Position numbers and translations under genes: made by a program
Shown here: positions 7,220 to 17,552 of the stretch, one piece after another
Position numbering within the stretch: position 1 is the first letter of the stretch
Layout: each line of letters starts with the position of its first letter
Source of the DNA: Candidatus Cloacimonadota bacterium
GTDB taxonomy: Bacteria; Cloacimonadota; Cloacimonadia; Cloacimonadales; TCS61
Length of the DNA: 34,313 nucleotides
NCBI GenBank assembly: GCA_030595905.1
Contig: JAUVLE010000003.1
Location: forward strand, 1 to 34,313
Reading direction: 5' to 3'
Notes under the pieces: generated by a model
What the model was told of the DNA's origin: nothing
Seen by the model: only the letters and a program-made list of their open reading frames with translations
Databases searched by the model: none

Positions 7220-9700
7220 TTATTTCATCAGGATCATTTTCCTGGTGCTTGTATATCTTCCATCTGATCTCATTTTGTAGAAATAGATTCCGCTTGAAAC
7301 ACTATTGCCGTTATCATCGGTTCCGTTCCATACAACTTGATGTTCTCCTGCTGTCATTTTTTTATTTGCCAGTGTTTTGATCTTCTGACCTTTGATATTA
7401 TAGATGCTGATCTCGATGTTAGCAGTGTTTCCCGTTGTGAACATTATGGTTGTTTCAGGACTGCGTCCGGCTCCGGCACCTGACGGATTGAACGGGTTGG
7501 GATAGTTACTTACAAGTTGATCTACGAATGAGGGTATATTATTTTCGTTAGAACCGGCAGGAGACTGAGAATATGCAATACCTTTTATACAGAAATTAAA
7601 ATTGTGATTTGAAAGGGGAAGCCAACTGCTTGTTCGAATATACGCTCCTTTTCCTTCCACTTGCGGACCATCATCATGATATGCAGCAGGAATGGCACCT
7701 GATAATGAGTGGAGTCTGTATCCAATGTAATATTCAGCATCGGTATCTATCAGTGCAAAATCTTCCAAAATAACTTCTACCCATTCACCATCAACGAAAT
7801 CAACAATTTGTTTTTCGGAAATAAGAACTTCTCCTTTCCATAGTTGTCCAAAAAGTTCTCCATCTGCAGGATTGAATGGCGCAATGAATCTTACTTTAGA
7901 GAAAAAATCGTTAGAAAGATTTGCGATATCTTCTTCGGCCACACGAATACCACAACTCATATTTTGAATAATTTGAATTGTTCCGGTAGGATCTCCTGCA
8001 AAATGCTTTATATGTTCATACTGATATTCTTCCAATGCAAAATCGATCTCTTGATTCGTTGCCGTGATCTCAACAACAGCACTATCGAAATAATTTTCCG
8101 AAGAACTTGCAGTAGCTGTGAATGTGCCCGGAAGAACACCGGCTATGGTATAATCACCGGAAGCATCAGCAAGTCCGGAAGTTTCCAATATATCGTCCTG
8201 GTAAAAATTTATATGGGTATTTTCGGGACTAATGGAAGCCGTCACGGTTCCGGTAATATCTTCATAATCATCAAGGTAAAAAATCAAAGTATGACTTGCT
8301 TCGGTCAGTTCAACTTCAAACGATTTATAGAAGTAACCTCCACCCGCTAATTCGATGATCGCTGTTGCCTGATAAGTTCCCTCGATTACATAAGGTATTT
8401 CATATTGTCCGTTCGCATTAGAAACATAGCATTCATAGAATCTAGGTCCATCCAGAGTTATGTATGTTTCTGTTAGAGGGGCACCGTCTCCAATAACCTG
8501 ACCTACCACTGTGAATGGCTCGGGACCACCTTCAATATTTATTACAGCTCTCGATATAACATTAAAACCGGAAGGCATTCCACCCGGAAGTATGTACCAG
8601 CCATCTTGACTCCCACCCCATCCAAGATTTAAATGATAGGTGTTGTTAGTTTGATTGTAACCATCACAAATAATAGCATGACCATAAGGAGAACCGGATT
8701 CTATTACTCCGAGAAGAACCGGTTTCGCAGTCATCATATTGTTTTTGAGATTATTATAAAATGTTGCATTTATATTAGTAACCAGAGTAGCTGTATCATA
8801 ATCGAATTTATATATCAGCGCATAGGGAACATCTCCTGTGTAGGCTCCGGAACCATTGGAAGAATAACCCATTTCCACAGAACCACCTGCTGCAAAATTC
8901 AGGGCAGCTATCATATCGTTTGTTAGAGGTTCCTGGTTTTCATAAGCTGTTTTCAGTTCATCCAGATATACATTTAATTGGGGAAAAGACGGGAAATCGT
9001 AAGTATTATAATTATTATCAATGTATATATACGGAGACGTATATTGAGAAACATAATCATCACTATCATTGAAACTGACATCACCAACATGATAATGATA
9101 ATTGATGATCTGTACCATTGCTGTTGCAACGCAACCGCTTACACAACGATTCTGTGTTCCCGGATCGATAGGACAGAATGTGTTATATGGCACAGGACTT
9201 TGATTCCACTGAGTTTCTACCCAGCCAGTTGTAGAACTATATCCTGCAGGAGGCCATACATCATCTCTGTTTCCGGAAGATTCAATATTCTCTTCAAGGT
9301 AATCTCTCCATAATTGACTGTTTGCATTCTTCACTTCTGCTGCTGTGAAAGGAATTGCTTCCAATCTTAATTCCATATCTTTTTTCAGATATTGATAACC
9401 AACATTCTGTCGGATATCTTCCGCCACAAAATTGTTGCGGAACGAATATCCAATCACCGGCGAGATGTCTGTATCGATTGAAGTTGCAATGAAACCATTC
9501 GGCTCCAATATGAACACATAAGAAAGCAGGTTGCCTTCCGAACTCTTCAATTCATAAACATCCGCTATGGTGTGTTCATTTTGACCATTGATTTGAATTA
9601 AGAAATCGGCTACATTAAAAGCCTCTTCATAATTCACAAATCTGGCAGATAAACTTGCCACTAAAACTACTAAAAACACAAAGGTTAATATTCTTTTCAT
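7220..9700 (-). CDS. C10 family (streptopain/SpeB-like) cysteine protease with propeptide, beta-sandwich domains and FlgD/T9SS-type CTD
   Basis: TQWNQ, SGCVATAMVQ (Cys), GHAIICDGY (His), HLNLGWGG; CTD NYPNPFNP...IYNIKGQ...WNGTD...SSGIYFY. Start moved to ATG 9700 (GGAGG RBS, signal peptide MKRIL). Confidence 0.9.
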   Translation of the reverse strand: MKRILTFVFLVVLVASLSARFVNYEEAFNVADFLIQINGQNEHTIADVYELKSSEGNLLSYVFILEPNGFIATSIDTDISPVIGYSFRNNFVAEDIRQNVGYQYLKKDMELRLEAIPFTAAEVKNANSQLWRDYLEENIESSGNRDDVWPPAGYSSTTGWVETQWNQSPVPYNTFCPIDPGTQNRCVSGCVATAMVQIINYHYHVGDVSFNDSDDYVSQYTSPYIYIDNNYNTYDFPSFPQLNVYLDELKTAYENQEPLTNDMIAALNFAAGGSVEMGYSSNGSGAYTGDVPYALIYKFDYDTATLVTNINATFYNNLKNNMMTAKPVLLGVIESGSPYGHAIICDGYNQTNNTYHLNLGWGGSQDGWYILPGGMPSGFNVISRAVINIEGGPEPFTVVGQVIGDGAPLTETYITLDGPRFYECYVSNANGQYEIPYVIEGTYQATAIIELAGGGYFYKSFEVELTEASHTLIFYLDDYEDITGTVTASISPENTHINFYQDDILETSGLADASGDYTIAGVLPGTFTATASSSENYFDSAVVEITATNQEIDFALEEYQYEHIKHFAGDPTGTIQIIQNMSCGIRVAEEDIANLSNDFFSKVRFIAPFNPADGELFGQLWKGEVLISEKQIVDFVDGEWVEVILEDFALIDTDAEYYIGYRLHSLSGAIPAAYHDDGPQVEGKGAYIRTSSWLPLSNHNFNFCIKGIAYSQSPAGSNENNIPSFVDQLVSNYPNPFNPSGAGAGRSPETTIMFTTGNTANIEISIYNIKGQKIKTLANKKMTAGEHQVVWNGTDDNGNSVSSGIYFYKMRSDGRYTSTRKMILMK

Positions 9701-9723
9701 AATTTCCTCCAATTTTGAATTTG

Positions 9724-12087
9724 TTATTTTAACATTAACATTTTCTTTGTAATATTTATTTCTCCCATTTGGAGTTCATATAAATATACTCCACTTGTCA
9801 CTTTTCTATTTTTATTGTCAAGCCCATTCCATTTTATAAATGTTATCCCGGCTTCAAGATCGTCATCTAAAAGAGTTCTAACAAGTTGCCCTTTGATATT
9901 ATAAATATTAAGGATTGCTCTGCCGTTTGCAGGAAGATACAGTCTTATTGTAGTTTCCGGACTGCGTCCGGCACCTGACGGATTGAACGGGTTAGGATAA
10001 TTTGAAATGACAGGTCTTTTTATATCAAGGGTTTTTTCATCGATATCTGTCGGATTGCTATCCACAATAGCCCTGATCATTATATTTCCTGCATCGACAA
10101 TTTCCCAACCACTTTCATCTGTGTAGCTGTAACCTGCACTGTTTTCATCCAGACCGATAGCAGACAGGTTTTCAAATTCCTGGATCCCCACAAAGAAACT
10201 TCCTGTTGAAAATTGAGGTCTGTTCTCTACCGGGATTTCCAGTGTATTCCAACCATTTACCAGTTCCGATGCAGAAAAGCTGATAGGTGGATCGGGCATC
10301 AAGACATTTCCGGGAACTCCATTATTATTATCATCCCATATTTTTAGAACAAGGGGTCCGGAATTTAACTCGTGAATATAAATTTCTGCGTGTGTTAACG
10401 TCAGGGTTTCACGGTAATAAAGCGGTGTAAATTTCACAGCCATATTGTGTAAAGTTCCCGCATTAAAACCAGATTCGCTGGAGCCATCATCATTTAGAAG
10501 AAGGGCTGCCGAACTGTTTGGAACAAACATGAAAGCTTCATTTGAATATGCAGATTCTTCATCGTCAAAGAGTGCAGTTACAACGTAGTAATTATTCGAA
10601 TTATTAACAGGATCGGTATGAATGAAAGTGGTATCCGTAACGGTATCGATGAGTTCAAAACAGCCGCAACTTTCACCTGAAAAATAAATATTATAACCGG
10701 TTATATCTCTGCTTGCCGGAGTATTCCATTTTAGTTTAACAGAAAGATCTTCCAGCAGTTCTACCGAAAGATTTTCTGGTGGAAACCCGGAATAAATTAT
10801 GTTCCGGATCATAATATTATCGATATGAATCCCGAAAGTTTCCGGTGTGTTTTCATTTGAATGAAAACCTATTCGCAATTCGATATTTTTCCCGGCTAGA
10901 ACAGATAAATCGTTGTATCCCTGCCAGCCTTCGGAAAAAAGAGACCATTCATTTACAGAGCCAGTGAAAACAACATCGGTTCCGTTTGGCTCACCGGTTG
11001 GGTTCGAGATCGAATTCCAGTTCGTCCACCATGACATCCATGCATTAGAACAATAATAACGGACTTCAATAGAAAAATAATCACAATCCGGAAATAGAAT
11101 ATCATCAAATTCGGTTTTTACGAACATATCAAAAAAAATAAGACCGTCATCAGGAAGTATTATCGAGGGACTAATAACATAATTTTGCATATTGGGATTA
11201 TAAGTTCCCGTATCCGGATCGAAGCATCCGTATGCATGAGACGGTGACGGTGCTGAAGTATCATCAAAAATGTGCCAGAGATTACCGCCAACTACGGTAT
11301 TTGAAAAAGCATTAAAACCTGTCTCATCTTCACCATCATTTGTAAAGACATCTGCAACGTTGATGTTGTCAACGAAGACACCTGTAAATTCGGGATTAGA
11401 AGCCGTCGATATGTTCGGATCGGAAGCAAATGCAAAACTGATGATGACATCTTTTCCAAGATAAGAATCCGGAATTATGATGCTGGTGGTTATCCAGTCT
11501 GTCGAATCGCCCCAGCCGGGAATCCCTGGAATTCCATCACTATCTTCGCCATGCTCATAACCGAAACTGTACATACTTGAACTGTTATATGCAGGATTGC
11601 AGTCAGTAAGGATTTCAGCTTCATCATACTCTTGCTCGGAAGTTCGAATGCGGATATTAAAACCATCCCAGCCATTAAAATTTTCATATTCACCAAGTTC
11701 TTCAATTGCTCTGTATTGTTCAAAAGTTAAAGTTAGATTCCCGGAATTCGGAAGTGTGATGACCGGAGTGTCCAGAATCTGATACCAACTGTCAAGATAG
11801 CCGCCGTCCGGGTCTATTTCGATATCTGCCATTCGCCATGACTTTCCTGAACCGCCAAATGCATTAAAGGTGCCGGTGTGCCAGAAAGAACCGGGATCGG
11901 TTATATCTGTCGATATCCATTCTGTTGATCCTGCTTCAAAGTTCTCCTCATAGGTTATGATCTCTTCACGTGACGGATTGGGAATAGAGGAAACATACGG
12001 ATCGAATTTCACGATCTTATCATATCCGGAAGCAAACGAATATGTAATGAAGGATATACATATAAGTATCAAACCAATCTTTTTCAT
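9724..12087 (-). CDS. Secreted multidomain protein (MAM/cleaved-adhesin-like jelly-roll domains, FN3-like domain, FlgD/T9SS-type CTD)
   Basis: Signal peptide; YEENFE..W, LDTPVI, GVFVDNI, GIHIDNI; PPENL..LKWNTP..GYNIY FN3 pattern; terminal CTD; no catalytic motif recognised. Confidence 0.7.
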   Translation of the reverse strand: MKKIGLILICISFITYSFASGYDKIVKFDPYVSSIPNPSREEIITYEENFEAGSTEWISTDITDPGSFWHTGTFNAFGGSGKSWRMADIEIDPDGGYLDSWYQILDTPVITLPNSGNLTLTFEQYRAIEELGEYENFNGWDGFNIRIRTSEQEYDEAEILTDCNPAYNSSSMYSFGYEHGEDSDGIPGIPGWGDSTDWITTSIIIPDSYLGKDVIISFAFASDPNISTASNPEFTGVFVDNINVADVFTNDGEDETGFNAFSNTVVGGNLWHIFDDTSAPSPSHAYGCFDPDTGTYNPNMQNYVISPSIILPDDGLIFFDMFVKTEFDDILFPDCDYFSIEVRYYCSNAWMSWWTNWNSISNPTGEPNGTDVVFTGSVNEWSLFSEGWQGYNDLSVLAGKNIELRIGFHSNENTPETFGIHIDNIMIRNIIYSGFPPENLSVELLEDLSVKLKWNTPASRDITGYNIYFSGESCGCFELIDTVTDTTFIHTDPVNNSNNYYVVTALFDDEESAYSNEAFMFVPNSSAALLLNDDGSSESGFNAGTLHNMAVKFTPLYYRETLTLTHAEIYIHELNSGPLVLKIWDDNNNGVPGNVLMPDPPISFSASELVNGWNTLEIPVENRPQFSTGSFFVGIQEFENLSAIGLDENSAGYSYTDESGWEIVDAGNIMIRAIVDSNPTDIDEKTLDIKRPVISNYPNPFNPSGAGRSPETTIRLYLPANGRAILNIYNIKGQLVRTLLDDDLEAGITFIKWNGLDNKNRKVTSGVYLYELQMGEINITKKMLMLK

Positions 12088-12133
12088 TCTATTTTCCTCT
12101 ATGTTATAATTCTTCTTTTTAATTATGCATTAT

Positions 12134-13222
<1,089 letters not shown>

Positions 13223-13258
13223 TTATTTTTTTGATTTTTATCATTTTTTATTACTTAT

Positions 13259-14233
13259 TTATAGTAGAATTGATTTCCCTGTGCTGCCGGTAATCTGCAC
13301 TAATTCTTCCACAGCATTCTGCATCAGTGTTTCACTTTTTACAAGCCATTTTCTGGGATCAAAACGTTTTTTATCCGGAATATATTCGGTTTCAGAAATA
13401 TCATGCGGTCTTACGATAGCATCCTTTTCTTTTTCCCAGTATTTTTGTACAGCGTCTGCAAATTCCATTTGATAGCGTGTGTCTTTATTAATCTTAACCA
13501 CACCGTTCTTAATTGCATCTATCTGCTGTCTGGCAGTAAGTCCGGAAGCACCGTGCAGAACAATTCCCGTTTCCACGTTATTTGCAATTAACAAATTGTC
13601 GATTTCTTTTATCAGGTCTAATTTCAGAGTAACCTGTGCACCTTTGGTCACGCCGTGATTTGTTCCAACAGAAGCAGCAAAGAGGTCTACATTAGTTTTT
13701 TGAACATATTCAAGGGCTTCTTCCGGTTTGGTATAAAGTTCGGTATCAGAGACGATTTCGTCTTCGGCACCTTTGATATAACCGATCTCACCTTCAACAA
13801 GTACACCATGTTTATGAGCAATTTTTACAACTTCCGAAGAGATGCGGATATTTTCTTCAAATTCTTCTTTGGAAGCATCTATCATCACAGAAGAGACCAG
13901 ATCATTTTCGATACAGTAAACAATGAAATCAAAGTAATTTGGAGTAGCGTGATCGATGTGTAATCCTACTCCGGAATTCTTGAACTGCCCGGATAGTATC
14001 TTTATGATCGAGGATATCAATTGTGCACCAATTTCCATATTCTGTGTATTTCCTGCTGCATATTTCACAGCACCGGAACTCATCTGCAGCAGTCCGTCAG
14101 ATCTCTGTGCTTCATAACCCTGAAGTACACCACGAACAGCACTGTCGAACACAACATTGGAAGCGATGATCCCGAATCGCTGTTTTTTTGCTTTCAGGAA
14201 AACTTCCCTTAATTTATCTCCTCTATAGAACAT
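13259..14233 (-). CDS. fba: Class II fructose-bisphosphate aldolase
   Basis: LHIDHA, SVMIDAS, VEGEIG, VGTNHG, VLHGASG, KIN.DT, FDPRKW. Confidence 0.92.
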   Translation of the reverse strand: MFYRGDKLREVFLKAKKQRFGIIASNVVFDSAVRGVLQGYEAQRSDGLLQMSSGAVKYAAGNTQNMEIGAQLISSIIKILSGQFKNSGVGLHIDHATPNYFDFIVYCIENDLVSSVMIDASKEEFEENIRISSEVVKIAHKHGVLVEGEIGYIKGAEDEIVSDTELYTKPEEALEYVQKTNVDLFAASVGTNHGVTKGAQVTLKLDLIKEIDNLLIANNVETGIVLHGASGLTARQQIDAIKNGVVKINKDTRYQMEFADAVQKYWEKEKDAIVRPHDISETEYIPDKKRFDPRKWLVKSETLMQNAVEELVQITGSTGKSILL

Positions 14234-14323
14234 AATATCCTCCCTTATTAAAATTTTACAGCATTTAACAAAAACAAGTCAAGCTTTTATACTTGACTTA
14301 GTTTTCTGCAACTATTTTAGATA

Positions 14324-16024
14324 TTACTGATCACTCGATTCAAAATTCTCGATTATATTGCTTTTACCTTCCAGTTCGGAGATCATAAATCTTGCAGATT
14401 CGTGTAGGTCTCCTTCCGGATATTTATCGAGCAGTTCACTGAACATTCCCAGAGCTTTCTCTTTATCATTAAGCTCTTCCGCATATAGAAAGCCTTTCAT
14501 GAAGAAAGCTTTATAATCGTCTGAATTATTTTGATGATATTTGATTATTTCATCATAATAATAGATCGCATCATTAAATCTTTTCTTCTTTTGTGCTTCT
14601 TCAGCTTTGTTGAAATATTCTTCTGCGGTTAGTTTAACGATCATTCTTTCAGGGAATTTTTCGAGATTATATTTTGTTTCCAATTCAGCAGAAACGGCTT
14701 CAAATTTCTCTTTTGAAAGATTCTTCTGCATTTTAGCTTTTATTCTATCTTTGATCTCGTCAAAAGGTGTTGCTTCTGCTTCATGATCTTCCAATAATCT
14801 GAAGAATACAAAAACGTCTTTGGAATTTTTAAATACTTTAGAAAGTTTACCAAATTCTGCTTCCCAGATCATATTAGAATAAACTTCATCTTTCCCGATA
14901 CCCGGAACTATCCCGTTTTGATAAATATGATCGAGCTCGCCGTTCTTTGCGGTATAGACGGAATGTTCTTCGATAAGTTTGGAGATGGCTTCTTCATCGT
15001 TCTTCTTCATATATTTTTTTACAAGTTTACACTTTTTCTTTGCAGTCTTCTGTGAATCAAAACCAAAGGTCTGTATCTTTCTGTATGCTTTGGAACTGAA
15101 TTGGTCGATATTTTCGTGGTAATATGCTTCGACATTTTCATCACTGTAACCTATGGTTTCCACTACAAGTTTATTATAAACCGTCCTCAACATCATATTT
15201 CTTTTTATCTGCCCAACTATTTCCTTCACGTATTCATTGTCTTCATATCCTTTTTCAGATGCTGCGAAATAAAATATGTCCAGCTCAGATTTGTTCTCGA
15301 TATATTTTTTCAGGTCTTCATTAGTCTTTAAAGCAGCTTTATTATTTTGCGGAATGAATTCGTAGGAATCTATGAATTCTCCGACAGTCTTTTCTATTTC
15401 CGGTTTGGAACTGATAATGTATTTCTTTTTTGCATTAACGCGATTACTATCGATATTGGCAAGATCAAAAGAATCCAGAACAGAATAAACGATCTCGACG
15501 TTAAAGCTTTTAAAAAGTTCATTTTTCTTATCTTCAATCAATTGTTTTTCTTTTTCCGGACGTAATCTTCTTTCGATATCTACTTCAGATTCTTCGTATG
15601 TTTTACCTTTGAACATATCAGGATTTTCTTGATAATATGATTTTTTCTCTTCGGTTGTATAGGAAATCCCTTCTTTTAAAAGCTCCTTTTTGTATTCTCC
15701 AAAATAAACCGATTTGATCTGGTTCTCTATTCTACTATAGAATCCTTCATCCTGTTCAACGTTCAGGGCAACAGCTTCCAGGAAGAATATTTCTTCTGTA
15801 CACATCATATCCAGAAGGTTTTTCCTGCCTTCGTTCGAGGTGTATTTAGATTGATACATCGGTGGTATTTTACTAATCCTGTTGTCAACATCTCCCATTG
15901 TGACCTTCCCGCCCTCAAATTCTGCAACAATGGTTTCTCCGGGAATCTCTTTTGAAATTATTATCAATGGTATTAGAAGAATTAATGCAAATATGATTAT
16001 TCTTAAATTCTTTATCTTGAACAT
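14324..16024 (-). CDS. Periplasmic PrsA/SurA-like chaperone (degenerate parvulin PPIase domain) with C-terminal TPR
   Basis: Signal/TM, IVAEFEGGKVT, VEAYYHENIDQF, EHS...NGELD, ATPFDEIKDRI; TPR AFFMKGFLYAEEL..LLDKYP. Confidence 0.7.
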   Translation of the reverse strand: MFKIKNLRIIIFALILLIPLIIISKEIPGETIVAEFEGGKVTMGDVDNRISKIPPMYQSKYTSNEGRKNLLDMMCTEEIFFLEAVALNVEQDEGFYSRIENQIKSVYFGEYKKELLKEGISYTTEEKKSYYQENPDMFKGKTYEESEVDIERRLRPEKEKQLIEDKKNELFKSFNVEIVYSVLDSFDLANIDSNRVNAKKKYIISSKPEIEKTVGEFIDSYEFIPQNNKAALKTNEDLKKYIENKSELDIFYFAASEKGYEDNEYVKEIVGQIKRNMMLRTVYNKLVVETIGYSDENVEAYYHENIDQFSSKAYRKIQTFGFDSQKTAKKKCKLVKKYMKKNDEEAISKLIEEHSVYTAKNGELDHIYQNGIVPGIGKDEVYSNMIWEAEFGKLSKVFKNSKDVFVFFRLLEDHEAEATPFDEIKDRIKAKMQKNLSKEKFEAVSAELETKYNLEKFPERMIVKLTAEEYFNKAEEAQKKKRFNDAIYYYDEIIKYHQNNSDDYKAFFMKGFLYAEELNDKEKALGMFSELLDKYPEGDLHESARFMISELEGKSNIIENFESSDQ

Positions 16025-16135
16025 TTTTAAAACCTCTCCTATTATTTAAATTTTGCAACACAAAAAAAAATTGACTATTTAAAGTCAAGTAAATAAATGG
16101 GGGTGTTTTGATAATGTTTGATAGGATTTTTGTAT

Positions 16136-16588
16136 ATGGATATTTTTTCTTCCGAGTTGATTAAATTGAATTATTATGCTCTGGATAAGAAGAGTTGCCT
16201 TTCCGAAATGGCAGATTTTCTTTTTGAGAAAGGAATAATAAATTCATTAGAAGTTTTTTTAAACTCTATCCTAGAACGTGAAAAACTTATGTCCACGGGT
16301 ATTGGCAGGAACGTGGCAATTCCGCATGCACGCTCTGATACTGTAAAGGAATTGAAGATAGCCGTGTATATACTTGACAATGAATTGGACTTTAACTCGA
16401 TTGACGGTGAACCTGTAAAGATCATATTTATGATAGCTGTGCCGGGAAATATGAAAGAGGAATATATGAAGGTTTTAAGCGTTATATCGAATTTCTTCAG
16501 GATGGAAGAAAACCGCCGGAAGCTTTTAGAAAGTACTTCCGAAAAAGAAATATATAATATATTGAGAGGAATTAGCGATGAAATTTAA
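16136..16588 (+). CDS. PTS IIA domain protein (fructose/Ntr type)
   Basis: EREKLMSTGIG, VAIPHAR phospho-His, FNSIDGEPV; ATG 16136 with AGGA RBS preferred to TTG 16118. Confidence 0.88.
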   Translation: MDIFSSELIKLNYYALDKKSCLSEMADFLFEKGIINSLEVFLNSILEREKLMSTGIGRNVAIPHARSDTVKELKIAVYILDNELDFNSIDGEPVKIIFMIAVPGNMKEEYMKVLSVISNFFRMEENRRKLLESTSEKEIYNILRGISDEI

Positions 16589-17522
16589 AGCTGTATTAAT
16601 GATCTTATCAATCTCATTTGCTCTTTATGCTGTGAGTGATAATGCCGGAACGTCCGGTTTTTCTTTTTTAAAAGTTAATTATTCTGCCAGAGCGGCTGCA
16701 ATGGGAAATGCATATACCGGGTTATCCAATGATGCCAGTGCTGTATTCTTTAATCCTGCCGGACTTGTTCAGTTAAAATCGCCGCAGGCTTCTGTAACTT
16801 ATATGAGCTATTTTGAGGGAGTACATTGCGGTTCCGCTGTTTATGCGTTCCCAAAAGGTGAGAAAACCACGTTCGCTTTTTTTACGAAAGGTCTAACCGC
16901 AACAGAAGATAGAACCCTGGCAGATGAACACGGACAATTTGCCGGAACGGATGGAACCTTTGGCATGTCTGATTTTGTTTTTGGAACTTCGGTAGCCAGC
17001 TACCTGATAGATATCCTCGATATTGGATTTAGTCTGAAATATATTCAGGAATCCCTGGATGATAGAACCGCATCTGCCGTTGCTTTTGACGCTGCGATTA
17101 TGCATCAGACCACGAACGAAAACCTTAAGCTCGGAATTACTTTGCAGAATTTCGGATGGCAGTTCTCTTATTTCACGGAAAATGAATATAAAGAAAATCT
17201 TCCAACAACGATCAATGCAGGTTTCAGTTATCATCCAAGTGAAAAGTTTTATGCAAACCTGGATTTCTACAAACCTCTGGATTTCGATTTTTCCGGTCGA
17301 TTGGGACTGGAATACAGCATTCACGAAATGCTGGATCTTCGAGCAGGATATAAGACAAATGCAGGCGACTGGAAAACGGGTGGAGATAATGAAACCTTTT
17401 CCGGTCTTTCGTTCGGAGCCGGATTTAACATCATTAAATACAACCTGAAGATCGACTATGCGATAGTATCTTTTGGCGATCTGGGTTATGTGAACCAGGT
17501 GACAGTGAATTATTTGTTTTAA
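16578..17522 (+). CDS. PorV/UPF0164-family outer-membrane beta-barrel (FadL-like)
   Basis: Signal peptide, FLKV..SARAAAMGNAYTG, DASAVFFNPAGL, LRAGY, IDYA...GDLG, terminal YLF. Confidence 0.8.
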   Translation: MKFKAVLMILSISFALYAVSDNAGTSGFSFLKVNYSARAAAMGNAYTGLSNDASAVFFNPAGLVQLKSPQASVTYMSYFEGVHCGSAVYAFPKGEKTTFAFFTKGLTATEDRTLADEHGQFAGTDGTFGMSDFVFGTSVASYLIDILDIGFSLKYIQESLDDRTASAVAFDAAIMHQTTNENLKLGITLQNFGWQFSYFTENEYKENLPTTINAGFSYHPSEKFYANLDFYKPLDFDFSGRLGLEYSIHEMLDLRAGYKTNAGDWKTGGDNETFSGLSFGAGFNIIKYNLKIDYAIVSFGDLGYVNQVTVNYLF

Positions 17523-17552
17523 TTAAAAAGAAAGAAAAAAAGGGAGGAGAAG

